This document shows positions 48,522 to 56,530 of a DNA stretch of 64,000 bases, in pieces. Where the stretch lies: NCBI GenBank assembly GCA_964434265.1, contig CAYSUK010000001.1:47126-111125 (forward strand), in the 5' to 3' direction. The notes beneath the pieces were generated by a model, which ran no database searches, was not told the origin of the DNA, and worked only from the letters and a program-made list of their open reading frames with translations. This DNA comes from an uncultured Christensenella sp. (GTDB lineage Bacteria; Bacillota; Clostridia; Christensenellales; UBA1242). How positions within the stretch are numbered: position 1 is the stretch's first letter; each line of letters opens with the position of its first letter. A program made the translations under genes and the position numbers.

Positions 48522-49286
48522 ATGAAGTTCGTATGTTTGAAGAAAAAAGACATAAAAATGGTGCTTGTCGTATTGCTTGTTGCGGTACTTCTGTCGTTGA
48601 ATTTTATGGGTGGCACGTCGGCCATGGTGTATTTTAATAAAGCACCGCGACTTGTCCCCATATACAATGTGGATACGACTGAGAAAAAAGTTGCGATATC
48701 ATTTGACTCGGCATGGGGCGCTGACAAAACACTCAAAATCTTAGATGTGCTAAAGGAATACAACTGCCGTGGAACATTCTTTTTGGTGGGATTTTGGGTA
48801 GATAAGTACGGCGATATGGTCAAAGCCATAAAAGATGCTGGTATTGAGATAGGCACTCACAGCAATACCCACCCAGACTTTGCAAATTTGTCCGCCGACC
48901 AAATGCGACTCGAACTCACAACATCGATAGACAAAATTGAAGCAGTCACGGGGGATAAGGTCAAATTATTTAGAGCGCCATACGGCTCATACAACAATAC
49001 GCTTCTAAATATAACCGACGAAATGGGATTGAAAACTATTCAGTGGAATATTGATACGCTCGATTGGAAGGGACTTAGTGGAAGCGAAATGCTCGGTCGT
49101 GTTCTAAATAAAATCTGTAATGGCTCCATTATTTTGTGTCACAATAATTCGGACAATATCATCGAAGGTCTTACACTTATACTCGACAAACTCACGAGTA
49201 TGGGTTATGAAGTGGTAAGTGTGGGCGAACTAATTATGCAAGACAATTATTATATAGACAGTCTTGGTGTTCAAAGACAAAAATAA
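48522..49286 (+). CDS. NodB-type polysaccharide deacetylase (PdaA/PdaB-like, membrane anchored)
   Basis: An N-terminal TM helix is followed by ISFDSAWG, TFF.VG.W and HS.THPDF. The length (254 aa) matches the sporulation deacetylases. Confidence 0.85.
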   Translation: MKFVCLKKKDIKMVLVVLLVAVLLSLNFMGGTSAMVYFNKAPRLVPIYNVDTTEKKVAISFDSAWGADKTLKILDVLKEYNCRGTFFLVGFWVDKYGDMVKAIKDAGIEIGTHSNTHPDFANLSADQMRLELTTSIDKIEAVTGDKVKLFRAPYGSYNNTLLNITDEMGLKTIQWNIDTLDWKGLSGSEMLGRVLNKICNGSIILCHNNSDNIIEGLTLILDKLTSMGYEVVSVGELIMQDNYYIDSLGVQRQK

Positions 49287-49303
49287 GAAAAACGGAGGAA
49301 ATT

Positions 49304-49987
49304 ATGAATTTTGGACAAATGGAAAACAATAAAGTATATTTAGCAGGAGAGATAGTAAGCGAGCCTACATTTAGCCATGACATGTTTGGTGAAGGTTTTT
49401 ATGAGTTTAACCTTAAAGTACGAAGGCTTAGTGATTCGTATGATGTTTTGCCAGTAACCATCAGTGAGCGACTAATAAACGACAATATTAAGGTCGGCAA
49501 TATGATAGGGGTGCATGGCCAGTTTAGGTCGTACAACAAACTTGACGGAGATAAGAGCCGACTCATGCTTACGATGTTTATTAGAGAAGTAGAAGCATAT
49601 GATGAAGGATTAAATCCAAATCGTATCGAAATAACAGGTTATGTTTGTAAAGAACCAATCTACCGCACAACACCATTCAAACGTGAAATATGCGACTTGC
49701 TTATTGCGGTCAATCGTAATTATAATAAAAGCGACTACTTGCCATGTATTGCGTGGGGTAGAAATGCACGTTTTGTCAAGAACTTTGAAGTTGGTGAAAA
49801 ACTCACTGTTGTGGGCAGAATACAAAGTCGCGAGTATCAAAAGCGACTTGACAACGACGAAGTTGTGACCAAGACTGCATACGAAGTGTCGCTTTCAAAA
49901 ATCACACGTGATGATGACTTAAACAATGAGAAAATGACAACTAGTATTGGTGAAATAGATAATTATTATATAAAAAATGCAAACTAA
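49304..49987 (+). CDS. SSB/PriB-like protein with two tandem OB folds and no acidic tail
   Basis: Two ~100-aa halves each show N.V.L.G......P.......G......F.L.V.R......D..P...WG..A........G....V.G...S-type OB patterns. Confidence 0.55.
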   Translation: MNFGQMENNKVYLAGEIVSEPTFSHDMFGEGFYEFNLKVRRLSDSYDVLPVTISERLINDNIKVGNMIGVHGQFRSYNKLDGDKSRLMLTMFIREVEAYDEGLNPNRIEITGYVCKEPIYRTTPFKREICDLLIAVNRNYNKSDYLPCIAWGRNARFVKNFEVGEKLTVVGRIQSREYQKRLDNDEVVTKTAYEVSLSKITRDDDLNNEKMTTSIGEIDNYYIKNAN

Positions 49988-50016
49988 TAAAAAAGACCCT
50001 AATGGGTCTTTTTTAA
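49988..50016. terminator. Bidirectional terminator
   Basis: AGACCC-TAAT-GGGTCT, flanked by A6 and T6 runs. Confidence 0.8.
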
Positions 50017-50020
50017 AATT

Positions 50021-52825
50021 CTAATTTTCCAAATTTTCATCTGAAGTAGATTCTTGATTGTCTGTATTGTTTTGAGATTGTTTTTCGATTTCTTTGGATT
50101 GAGTTTTGTCATCTTTCTTTTTGTTTTCTACTTTTTTAGATTGTTCGTTTAGAGCATCTTTCTTTTGCTTTTTCTTGAAGATAACAAACCATACAATTAG
50201 AGCGATAATAATCACAAAGTTTACTGCAAAAAGTATAATTGCCGTTGTGATAATAGGTGATGTCCCATCTGTTGCGATATACTTTGTGTCTATGTATCCA
50301 ACTACAATATTGTTGTCGTCATCTAGGTATTTTATCAGAGTCAATTTTTCGTTTTTATCTAGATTTTCCACATAAATTCTATAATTGTTTGGCAATTTTC
50401 CAATTATGGTTGTTTTTTCTTTATCAGAATAAACATTTACATATTCGCTATAATCATATATTTTGATAGTGCTGTTTGCATTAAACTTTTGTGATATGTT
50501 TACATTTGCAGTTACGTATGATGATGCGACAAAACCATATCTGCCGTCGTTTGTCATAATGATATAATACGTATTTGAAGTGTTGTCGATTGAAATAGGG
50601 TAGGTGGCTACGGCGGTAATTACTGTGCTAATATATTCAATTCTGCCTGTTGTATAACTGCCTATAATTGTCGGAAATTTGTATATAGGTGTTTTGTTGT
50701 AAGATGTAATAAGCGAATAGTTTTGATCAGCTGTTACAGCATAAGTTGTTATTGAATCTGTTTCGACATAGCCAAGTTTGACATTGTTGTCTTGGACATA
50801 CAATACATAACTAAACACACTAGTGGATTTATTGGTGTCAAGTAGTATCACATATTTGTCTTCGTCAAACAAACTATGATTGCCTTTATAGTTTATGTAT
50901 TCATAAATATAGGTTTGAGCAGGCACTTTGGCGTATTTGACTATGCTTGTATATCCAAACTCGAAAGTCAAAGCATCGTCTTGAAACGACTCAAAATCGC
51001 AATAACCTTGTGTAAAATCGTCATTGTTAAAGTACACTATGCGTGAAGCATTTTCATCATAAGCATATACTGTTCCGTCTTGTGGATTGACTTCAAATAC
51101 ATTTATTTTGTATTCGTCGCCAAAACTGATATTGGTCAAACAATCTGTCAAAGCCCCGTTGTCAAATGAATATCTTTGTATATTGTTTTTGTCTTCAAAA
51201 CTTATATATATCGACTGGTCAGAAGTGGGAATGGAAATGTCGGCGATATCGTCGTCAAATTCATTTTCAAATTTTAGACTTGGGGTCGATACATTGACTT
51301 TGTGTAAGGTTTTGTCGACTGTGATGTATACATAATTGTCCATATAATCTATTTTGCTATATGCATTTGTTGTAAAATCGAGATTTATATCATTGTCAAA
51401 ACTGTTGGAGTTTGTATCATAAACTTTTACAGTATTTTCGCTAAGTAAATAAATTTTGTCACCGTCAGTAATTGTAGAATCGTAAGTGGCGTTTGGAAGG
51501 TCTACTACCTTAACTACTGCAGGCTCTTCTTCGGTGAATATATTAACCTTGCAAAGAGATGTTTGTATTGAGTCTGTACGTATAAAATACAAAGAGTTGT
51601 CGGAAGAAAGCATAATTGATGTTGCATAATAGTTTGTGCTTCCTTCTTTAAGTTCGATGACTTTTACACTTCTGTCTTGGTAAATGACTTGAATGCGATT
51701 GTTTGCTCTGTCAGACACAAAAACATATTCGTTGCACTTCATTGCGATGTCACTTACATTGTCAAATCTTCCTACTTCACTGCCTTTGCCCATGAGTAGA
51801 GTAGTGCTGTCTGAAAGTGAAAGTTTGTTGTCTTGTGACATTGTGATGGTGTAGGCCTCTATATTACAATCGTTGCTGTTGTAATAATACAAAACATCAT
51901 TACTTACAAATATTATGTTGTTGGCATCATTATTGGAACGAAGTGTGGTTGATGGAGTGTTGTTTATGTCTTTATCAAATAATGAGATTGCTTTAGCAGT
52001 AGACCTAGCTATGTATGTCTCATCTTCATATGTGAAAGCCCGCAAACTGCATGTGTCTTTATCAAAATCTGCAATGGTTTTTTTCTCGTGACAAGATGGT
52101 GATAAGGTAGTGTCGTTTTGCTCGATACTAAATGGATATATATCATCACCATTAACAATAAAGGCATTGTTTCCGTTCAAAACCAAGTTGCTTATGCTGT
52201 TGCTATCGATGCTAAGTGTCGATAAATCATATTCGCCAATTGCTAGATAACTGCCATTTTTTAGGTTGTCCTTGCCATCGAAAATTGCGACACCTAGATA
52301 AGACGTAGAATTTTTTTGATAAATGCTTGCATAAGCTGTCTTTCCGTTGCCAAAATCTGCAAGTGTCGAATGTGTTGGATTGTTTCCAAATTGTTCGATA
52401 TTACCTATTCTTTCGCAAGTGTTTGTGTCATATATGGTTGTTTGTATTCCATATCTCAACATTATCATGTTGTTTGCATAATCCATATACTGAAACGAAT
52501 TGATTGCACCATTTATGCTTCGAGTATTTCCATCAACAATGACTTGCTTTTGATTTTGAGTAAAATTGTATTTTACGAAAGAGTAATAATACTCCGCATC
52601 AATTTGTTTTCCCTTTGTTATGAAAAATATATCGTCTCCGACTACGCAAAAATCTTTTACGTCATTTAGATTAAGATAGTGACTGATGTTTGAAGGATAA
52701 ATAGTACTAAGCGATTGTTTTGGTGACTCGTCTGCAAACGAAACAGAAGTGGGTGAGTAAGTTACGCCCAAAATAAGTAAAACACCTATACAAAAAGATA
52801 AAATATATTTTCCGAGTTTTTTCAT
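50021..52825 (-). CDS. Large exported, C-terminally TM-anchored protein (934 aa) with beta-propeller/NHL-like and SH3b-like regions
   Basis: Signal peptide MKKLGKYILSFCIGVLLILG...SFA. One NHL-like motif SDRANNRIQVI. An SH3b-like C-terminal region ends in GYIDTKYI. The TM helix is IITTAIILFAVNFVIIIALIVWFVIF, followed by a K/E/Q-rich tail. Confidence 0.7.
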   Translation of the reverse strand: MKKLGKYILSFCIGVLLILGVTYSPTSVSFADESPKQSLSTIYPSNISHYLNLNDVKDFCVVGDDIFFITKGKQIDAEYYYSFVKYNFTQNQKQVIVDGNTRSINGAINSFQYMDYANNMIMLRYGIQTTIYDTNTCERIGNIEQFGNNPTHSTLADFGNGKTAYASIYQKNSTSYLGVAIFDGKDNLKNGSYLAIGEYDLSTLSIDSNSISNLVLNGNNAFIVNGDDIYPFSIEQNDTTLSPSCHEKKTIADFDKDTCSLRAFTYEDETYIARSTAKAISLFDKDINNTPSTTLRSNNDANNIIFVSNDVLYYYNSNDCNIEAYTITMSQDNKLSLSDSTTLLMGKGSEVGRFDNVSDIAMKCNEYVFVSDRANNRIQVIYQDRSVKVIELKEGSTNYYATSIMLSSDNSLYFIRTDSIQTSLCKVNIFTEEEPAVVKVVDLPNATYDSTITDGDKIYLLSENTVKVYDTNSNSFDNDINLDFTTNAYSKIDYMDNYVYITVDKTLHKVNVSTPSLKFENEFDDDIADISIPTSDQSIYISFEDKNNIQRYSFDNGALTDCLTNISFGDEYKINVFEVNPQDGTVYAYDENASRIVYFNNDDFTQGYCDFESFQDDALTFEFGYTSIVKYAKVPAQTYIYEYINYKGNHSLFDEDKYVILLDTNKSTSVFSYVLYVQDNNVKLGYVETDSITTYAVTADQNYSLITSYNKTPIYKFPTIIGSYTTGRIEYISTVITAVATYPISIDNTSNTYYIIMTNDGRYGFVASSYVTANVNISQKFNANSTIKIYDYSEYVNVYSDKEKTTIIGKLPNNYRIYVENLDKNEKLTLIKYLDDDNNIVVGYIDTKYIATDGTSPIITTAIILFAVNFVIIIALIVWFVIFKKKQKKDALNEQSKKVENKKKDDKTQSKEIEKQSQNNTDNQESTSDENLEN

Positions 52826-52969
52826 GTCTTCCTCTTATGTAGTTTATATAATAATTATAAATATATTATATCAAATAAGACCCTTTTGACAAACAAATAA
52901 CAAAATTATTTTTGTTTTGTAGTAAAATAATTTTTCATATTTATGGTCTCTAAAAAATATTTTTTTTTA

Positions 52970-52993
52970 AATATGACATACTGTTGTCATATT
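52970..52993. promoter_or_regulatory. Perfect 9-bp-arm palindrome (operator candidate)
   Basis: AATATGACA-TACTGT-TGTCATATT. Confidence 0.5.
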
Positions 52994-53084
52994 AAGGTGT
53001 ATATAATAGGGCAAATGTTCGATAATGTTTGAAAAGTAGGTATTTTTGTACACTAAATATTAAATTTAAAAATATTTTGCAAAA

Positions 53085-53128
53085 ATATGTCATAACCTTT
53101 TGACATTTGGCATTTACACAAATATAAT
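53085..53128 (+). promoter_or_regulatory. Consensus sigma-70 promoter overlapped by a second TGACAT/ATGTCA inverted repeat
   Basis: TTGACA (53100-53105), 17-nt spacer, TATAAT (53123-53128). ATATGTCA (53085-53092) and TGACAT (53101-53106) form an inverted repeat across the -35. Confidence 0.7.
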
Positions 53129-53159
53129 TAAGAAAAAAATGAAAAATGGAGAAACAAAA

Positions 53160-53720
53160 ATGAAAGCATGGAGCAAAACATTATTATCAGTTTATAGGTA
53201 TCTCGAATCGATTACGGGTGCCATCGACAACCTAATAGTCAAGAAGGGGGTAAACTCAATGTTTTACACTGACAAACGCGGACTTACGACATACGATTGT
53301 GCAAATGATATCATCGAATTGACCGATAGAAAAATCAATCTTATAAATCTTAAAGTCCTAGTCGAAGATGGATTAAACAAATTGCCGTTCGAACAAAAAC
53401 GTGTTTTGATGTTGTTTTATGTTGACGGCCTAAAAACGACAGAGGTTACAAAACTTATGGGGTGTGTAGAACGTACTTTTTTTAGGAAAAAGGACGAAGC
53501 AATTGTTGCATTTGGTAAAAATTTAAAGTGTATGGGGTTTGATGAAATAAGACTTAGTCAAATGTTTGGGAAAGAAAAATGGCTAAGTAATTTGCTTGTT
53601 AAAAATCAACAACACGAAGCACTTGGCAAGTTGGGGAAAGAATTGCCAGAGTACAATTTTTTGAAAAATGTCATCAAAGAACTTAGTCAAATAAATTTTC
53701 AAAAAAGTTATGGGTACTAA
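53160..53720 (+). CDS. Sigma-70 region-4-like phage late-gene regulator candidate
   Basis: L.KLPFEQKRVL.LFYVDGLKT.EV.KLMG...RTF.RKK.EA matches sigma region 4. ATG at 53160 follows GGAGAAA. The track's TTG start at 53100 is the -35 hexamer. Confidence 0.65.
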   Translation: MKAWSKTLLSVYRYLESITGAIDNLIVKKGVNSMFYTDKRGLTTYDCANDIIELTDRKINLINLKVLVEDGLNKLPFEQKRVLMLFYVDGLKTTEVTKLMGCVERTFFRKKDEAIVAFGKNLKCMGFDEIRLSQMFGKEKWLSNLLVKNQQHEALGKLGKELPEYNFLKNVIKELSQINFQKSYGY

Positions 53721-53774
53721 TTTTTTTAGACTGATATTGTCGCAAATTAGATAAAATTGACAAAAATTGTTGTA

Positions 53775-54500
53775 TCAAAGGCTGTCTTCTCCGAAGTCGA
53801 TTTTGACCTTGCGATGCGGCTTCTTGTCGTGCGGTTTGCGAAAAATGATGTATAAGATGAGCAGGCTTGGAATTGTAAGAGCGATTACGATTATGATGCA
53901 CTCAAGATTTGTTAAGGGATTTAAAAGCCCAGACCTGTCGACAATATATGCAAGGTTTTCACCGTTTGGAAATATGCTCGAGATGTTTTGGACATAACTG
54001 CTATAAATATATCCTTTTACGTTTAGATACTCGACATAGTACCACGTATTTTGTCCAAAATCCTCGACATTTTCGCCTATGGTTCGTCCGATAAAAATAA
54101 GGCTAGTACAATTGGCGGGAAGAATAGAAATTGTGTTGTCGCCACGTTCGGGAGTTGTGCGAAGATAACAGTTTTTGTTGTATGTTTGTAATTTTATATC
54201 GGTCGGATATGGTGTAGTGGGTACACCCTTGACAAGCCGTATCGAAGATGGTTTTACATATCCGCTTACACCGTTGTAGTTTACACGGACTTTGTCTGTA
54301 GAACTGCTGATTACTTCGACATAATAAGTTTTTTCTAGAAGACAAATTACGTTTGAATGGCTTTGGTCATATACATCATAACGATATAAAAAGTCGCCAC
54401 TATTTAGTATTTGTGCATATTGTGTGTTTTCACAGTATGCACTTTTTGTAGGGCAAATTGACGTAAAAATTATAAAAAAAATCAAAATTATTTTTGCCAT
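53775..54500 (-). CDS. Exported SH3b-repeat protein with a C-terminal TM anchor (241 aa)
   Basis: A signal-like N-terminus is followed by two SH3b-like units ending in GVSGYVKPSSI and VKGYIYSSYV. The TM helix is IIIVIALTIPSLLILYIIF, followed by a basic tail. Confidence 0.65.
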   Translation of the reverse strand: MAKIILIFFIIFTSICPTKSAYCENTQYAQILNSGDFLYRYDVYDQSHSNVICLLEKTYYVEVISSSTDKVRVNYNGVSGYVKPSSIRLVKGVPTTPYPTDIKLQTYNKNCYLRTTPERGDNTISILPANCTSLIFIGRTIGENVEDFGQNTWYYVEYLNVKGYIYSSYVQNISSIFPNGENLAYIVDRSGLLNPLTNLECIIIVIALTIPSLLILYIIFRKPHDKKPHRKVKIDFGEDSL

Positions 54501-54603
54501 ATAATCACCTAAGTATATTTTAACAAAAAATTAATTTTGTTACATTTTAAGACTTGTAAAAAATGTGGAGATATATGTCTAAAAAAATACATTTGGGGAG
54601 AAA

Positions 54604-56034
54604 ATGAATACACATGAAATTAAAATAAAACTAAGACTACTTGATGCCGAAATCCGTCGACGTGAAAACAACAAAAACTTGTTTGCCTATAATACGGGAG
54701 ATAAGGTGCATAAAAAGCAACTCATGTTTCATAAATGCCCAAAACATAATCGCTGGGTTTTTGGTGGAAATCGCAGTGGCAAAACCGAGTGTGGTGCTGT
54801 CGAAGCGATATGGTTGGCGCGTGGCATACACCCGTATCGAGAAAATACGCCAGATTGTGATGGTTGGGTGGTGTCGCTAAGTACACAAGTCCAACGTGAT
54901 GTTGCCCAACGAAAGATATTGCACTATCTAAACCCCGACTGGATAGTAGATGTCACAATGCTTAGTGGTAAAAAAACCTCTCTTGAAAGCGGTGTGATTG
55001 ATACGATTACCATAAAAAACGTGTTTGGTGGAACAAGTCGTATTGGCTTTAAAAGTTGTGACCAGGGCAGGGAAAAGTTCCAAGGCACGTCATTAAACTG
55101 GGTATGGTTTGATGAAGAACCGCCATACGATATCTATGTCGAGTGTTGTATGCGTGTTATGGACAGGGCTGGAGACGTTTTTGGAACAATGACACCGCTC
55201 AAAGGTCTTACTTGGGTCTACAACACAATCTATCTAAACGAAGCCAATAATCCAGAAATTTGGCATATCCATATGGAGTGGTCAGACAATCCATTTTTAA
55301 ATCCCGAACAGGTCAAACACATGACCGAAACTTTTAATACGGAGGAACTAAATGCAAGACGATTTGGGCTGTTTTCTAGTTTTGGTGGGCTTGTATATAA
55401 TGAGTTTGATTCAAATATTCATGTAATCGAGCCGTTTGATGTCCCGCATGATTGGTACGATAAAATATCCATCGACCCGGGACTGAAAAATCCACTTAGT
55501 GCACACTGGTATGCTGTCGACTTTGATGGAAACATATATGTCATTGCCGAACACTATGAGAGTGGTCGCGATATCATATATCACAGTAAAGCAATAAAAG
55601 ATATATGTGACCGACTTGGCTGGCAAAGAGACTCAAATGGTAGGGTAGTTGCACTTATAGACTCGGCAGCAAATCAACGTACCTTAGCATCGTCAAAAAG
55701 TGTAACCGAACTTTTTTATGACAACGGTATTTTGGCAAATCCGCGTGTAGACAAAGACATGTTTAGTGGGATACAAAGAGTGAAGTCATATCTTAAAAAT
55801 GCAGACGGCAAGGCCAAACTTTTCATATTTAAATCGTGCACAAATATGATACGAGAGATCAAAGGATACTTTTGGGGGAATGAAGATTCACCTATTAAAA
55901 AAGACGACCATGCAATGGACGAACTGAGATACTACATCATGTCGAGACCGGAGAATATCAAACGCGAAACCAAGACGATAATTCAGAAAGATAAAGAGCG
56001 GCGGATTAGAGAGCTTAGAAAGGGGTGGTACTAA
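54604..56034 (+). CDS. terL: Phage terminase large subunit
   Basis: Walker A GGNRSGKTE, Walker B WVWFDEEP, and the C-terminal nuclease motif DDHAMDELRY. Confidence 0.92.
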   Translation: MNTHEIKIKLRLLDAEIRRRENNKNLFAYNTGDKVHKKQLMFHKCPKHNRWVFGGNRSGKTECGAVEAIWLARGIHPYRENTPDCDGWVVSLSTQVQRDVAQRKILHYLNPDWIVDVTMLSGKKTSLESGVIDTITIKNVFGGTSRIGFKSCDQGREKFQGTSLNWVWFDEEPPYDIYVECCMRVMDRAGDVFGTMTPLKGLTWVYNTIYLNEANNPEIWHIHMEWSDNPFLNPEQVKHMTETFNTEELNARRFGLFSSFGGLVYNEFDSNIHVIEPFDVPHDWYDKISIDPGLKNPLSAHWYAVDFDGNIYVIAEHYESGRDIIYHSKAIKDICDRLGWQRDSNGRVVALIDSAANQRTLASSKSVTELFYDNGILANPRVDKDMFSGIQRVKSYLKNADGKAKLFIFKSCTNMIREIKGYFWGNEDSPIKKDDHAMDELRYYIMSRPENIKRETKTIIQKDKERRIRELRKGWY

Positions 56035-56354
56035 TGCAAAGAGTAGATGAGCGGACAAAACTCGAAAATGCTCTAATGAAAAAGGCGCTCGGATATATGT
56101 GCGAAGAAGTGACCGAAGAGTATGTAGGTGAAACTAAAGATGATATGAAACTGTGCAAGAAAAAGGTTAATAAAAAAAGTGTTCCGCCTGACCTTGCGTC
56201 GCTACAAATATTGCTGTCGAGACTTGACGAACAAAACGAATATAAGTCGTTTAGTGATGCCGAACTGTATTCTGAGCGAGAGAAACTGCAAAAATTATTA
56301 GAAAAGGGGGGAGAAGATGACGATAGAAGAGATGACAACAACACTCAAATGTAG
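56034..56354 (+). CDS. Small protein resembling the C-terminal half of Firmicute-phage terminase small subunits
   Basis: KKALGY..EEVTEEY......K.....K.VPPD..SLQ.LL resembles the ..GYEYEE......K.VPPD..A..FWL segment of TerS proteins. The start is coupled to the terL stop (TAATG). No N-terminal HTH is present. Confidence 0.45.
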   Translation: MQRVDERTKLENALMKKALGYMCEEVTEEYVGETKDDMKLCKKKVNKKSVPPDLASLQILLSRLDEQNEYKSFSDAELYSEREKLQKLLEKGGEDDDRRDDNNTQM

Positions 56355-56514
56355 TGTGCCGGGCTGTTCAAACATGGCTGATTTTGTCGTGGTAAACGAA
56401 AAAATATTTGCTAGAAGCCGATTATGTTTTTGCAAGTCATGTGCAAAAACACTCTATACATGTTTGGGCAAAAAAATTGTGCCCAAAAGCCCAAAAAACA
56501 TATTAAACAAATAG
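56317..56514 (+). CDS. Small Cys-rich (putative zinc-ribbon) protein, 65 aa
   Basis: C....C ... C.C..C.....C spacing. GGGGGGAG lies just upstream of the ATG. The gene overlaps the previous ORF by 38 nt. Confidence 0.45.
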   Translation: MTIEEMTTTLKCSVPGCSNMADFVVVNEKIFARSRLCFCKSCAKTLYTCLGKKIVPKSPKNILNK

Positions 56515-56530
56515 TATCAAAGGAGAAATA

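Noticed and set aside
56302-56316. The A4G6 run at the overlap of the TerS-like and Cys-rich ORFs as a programmed frameshift or phase-variation site that would fuse the two.
   Set aside because: The G-run with AG forms a strong SD (GGGGGGAG) just upstream of an ATG, which is the simpler explanation. The downstream frame is open only from 56302. It is worth a look only if proteomics shows a fusion product.
56015-56344. 109-aa Ser-rich minus-strand ORF mirroring the TerS-like ORF.
   Set aside because: It is low-complexity, lies on the opposite strand to the whole operon and has no SD. The plus-strand ORF is start-stop coupled to terL.
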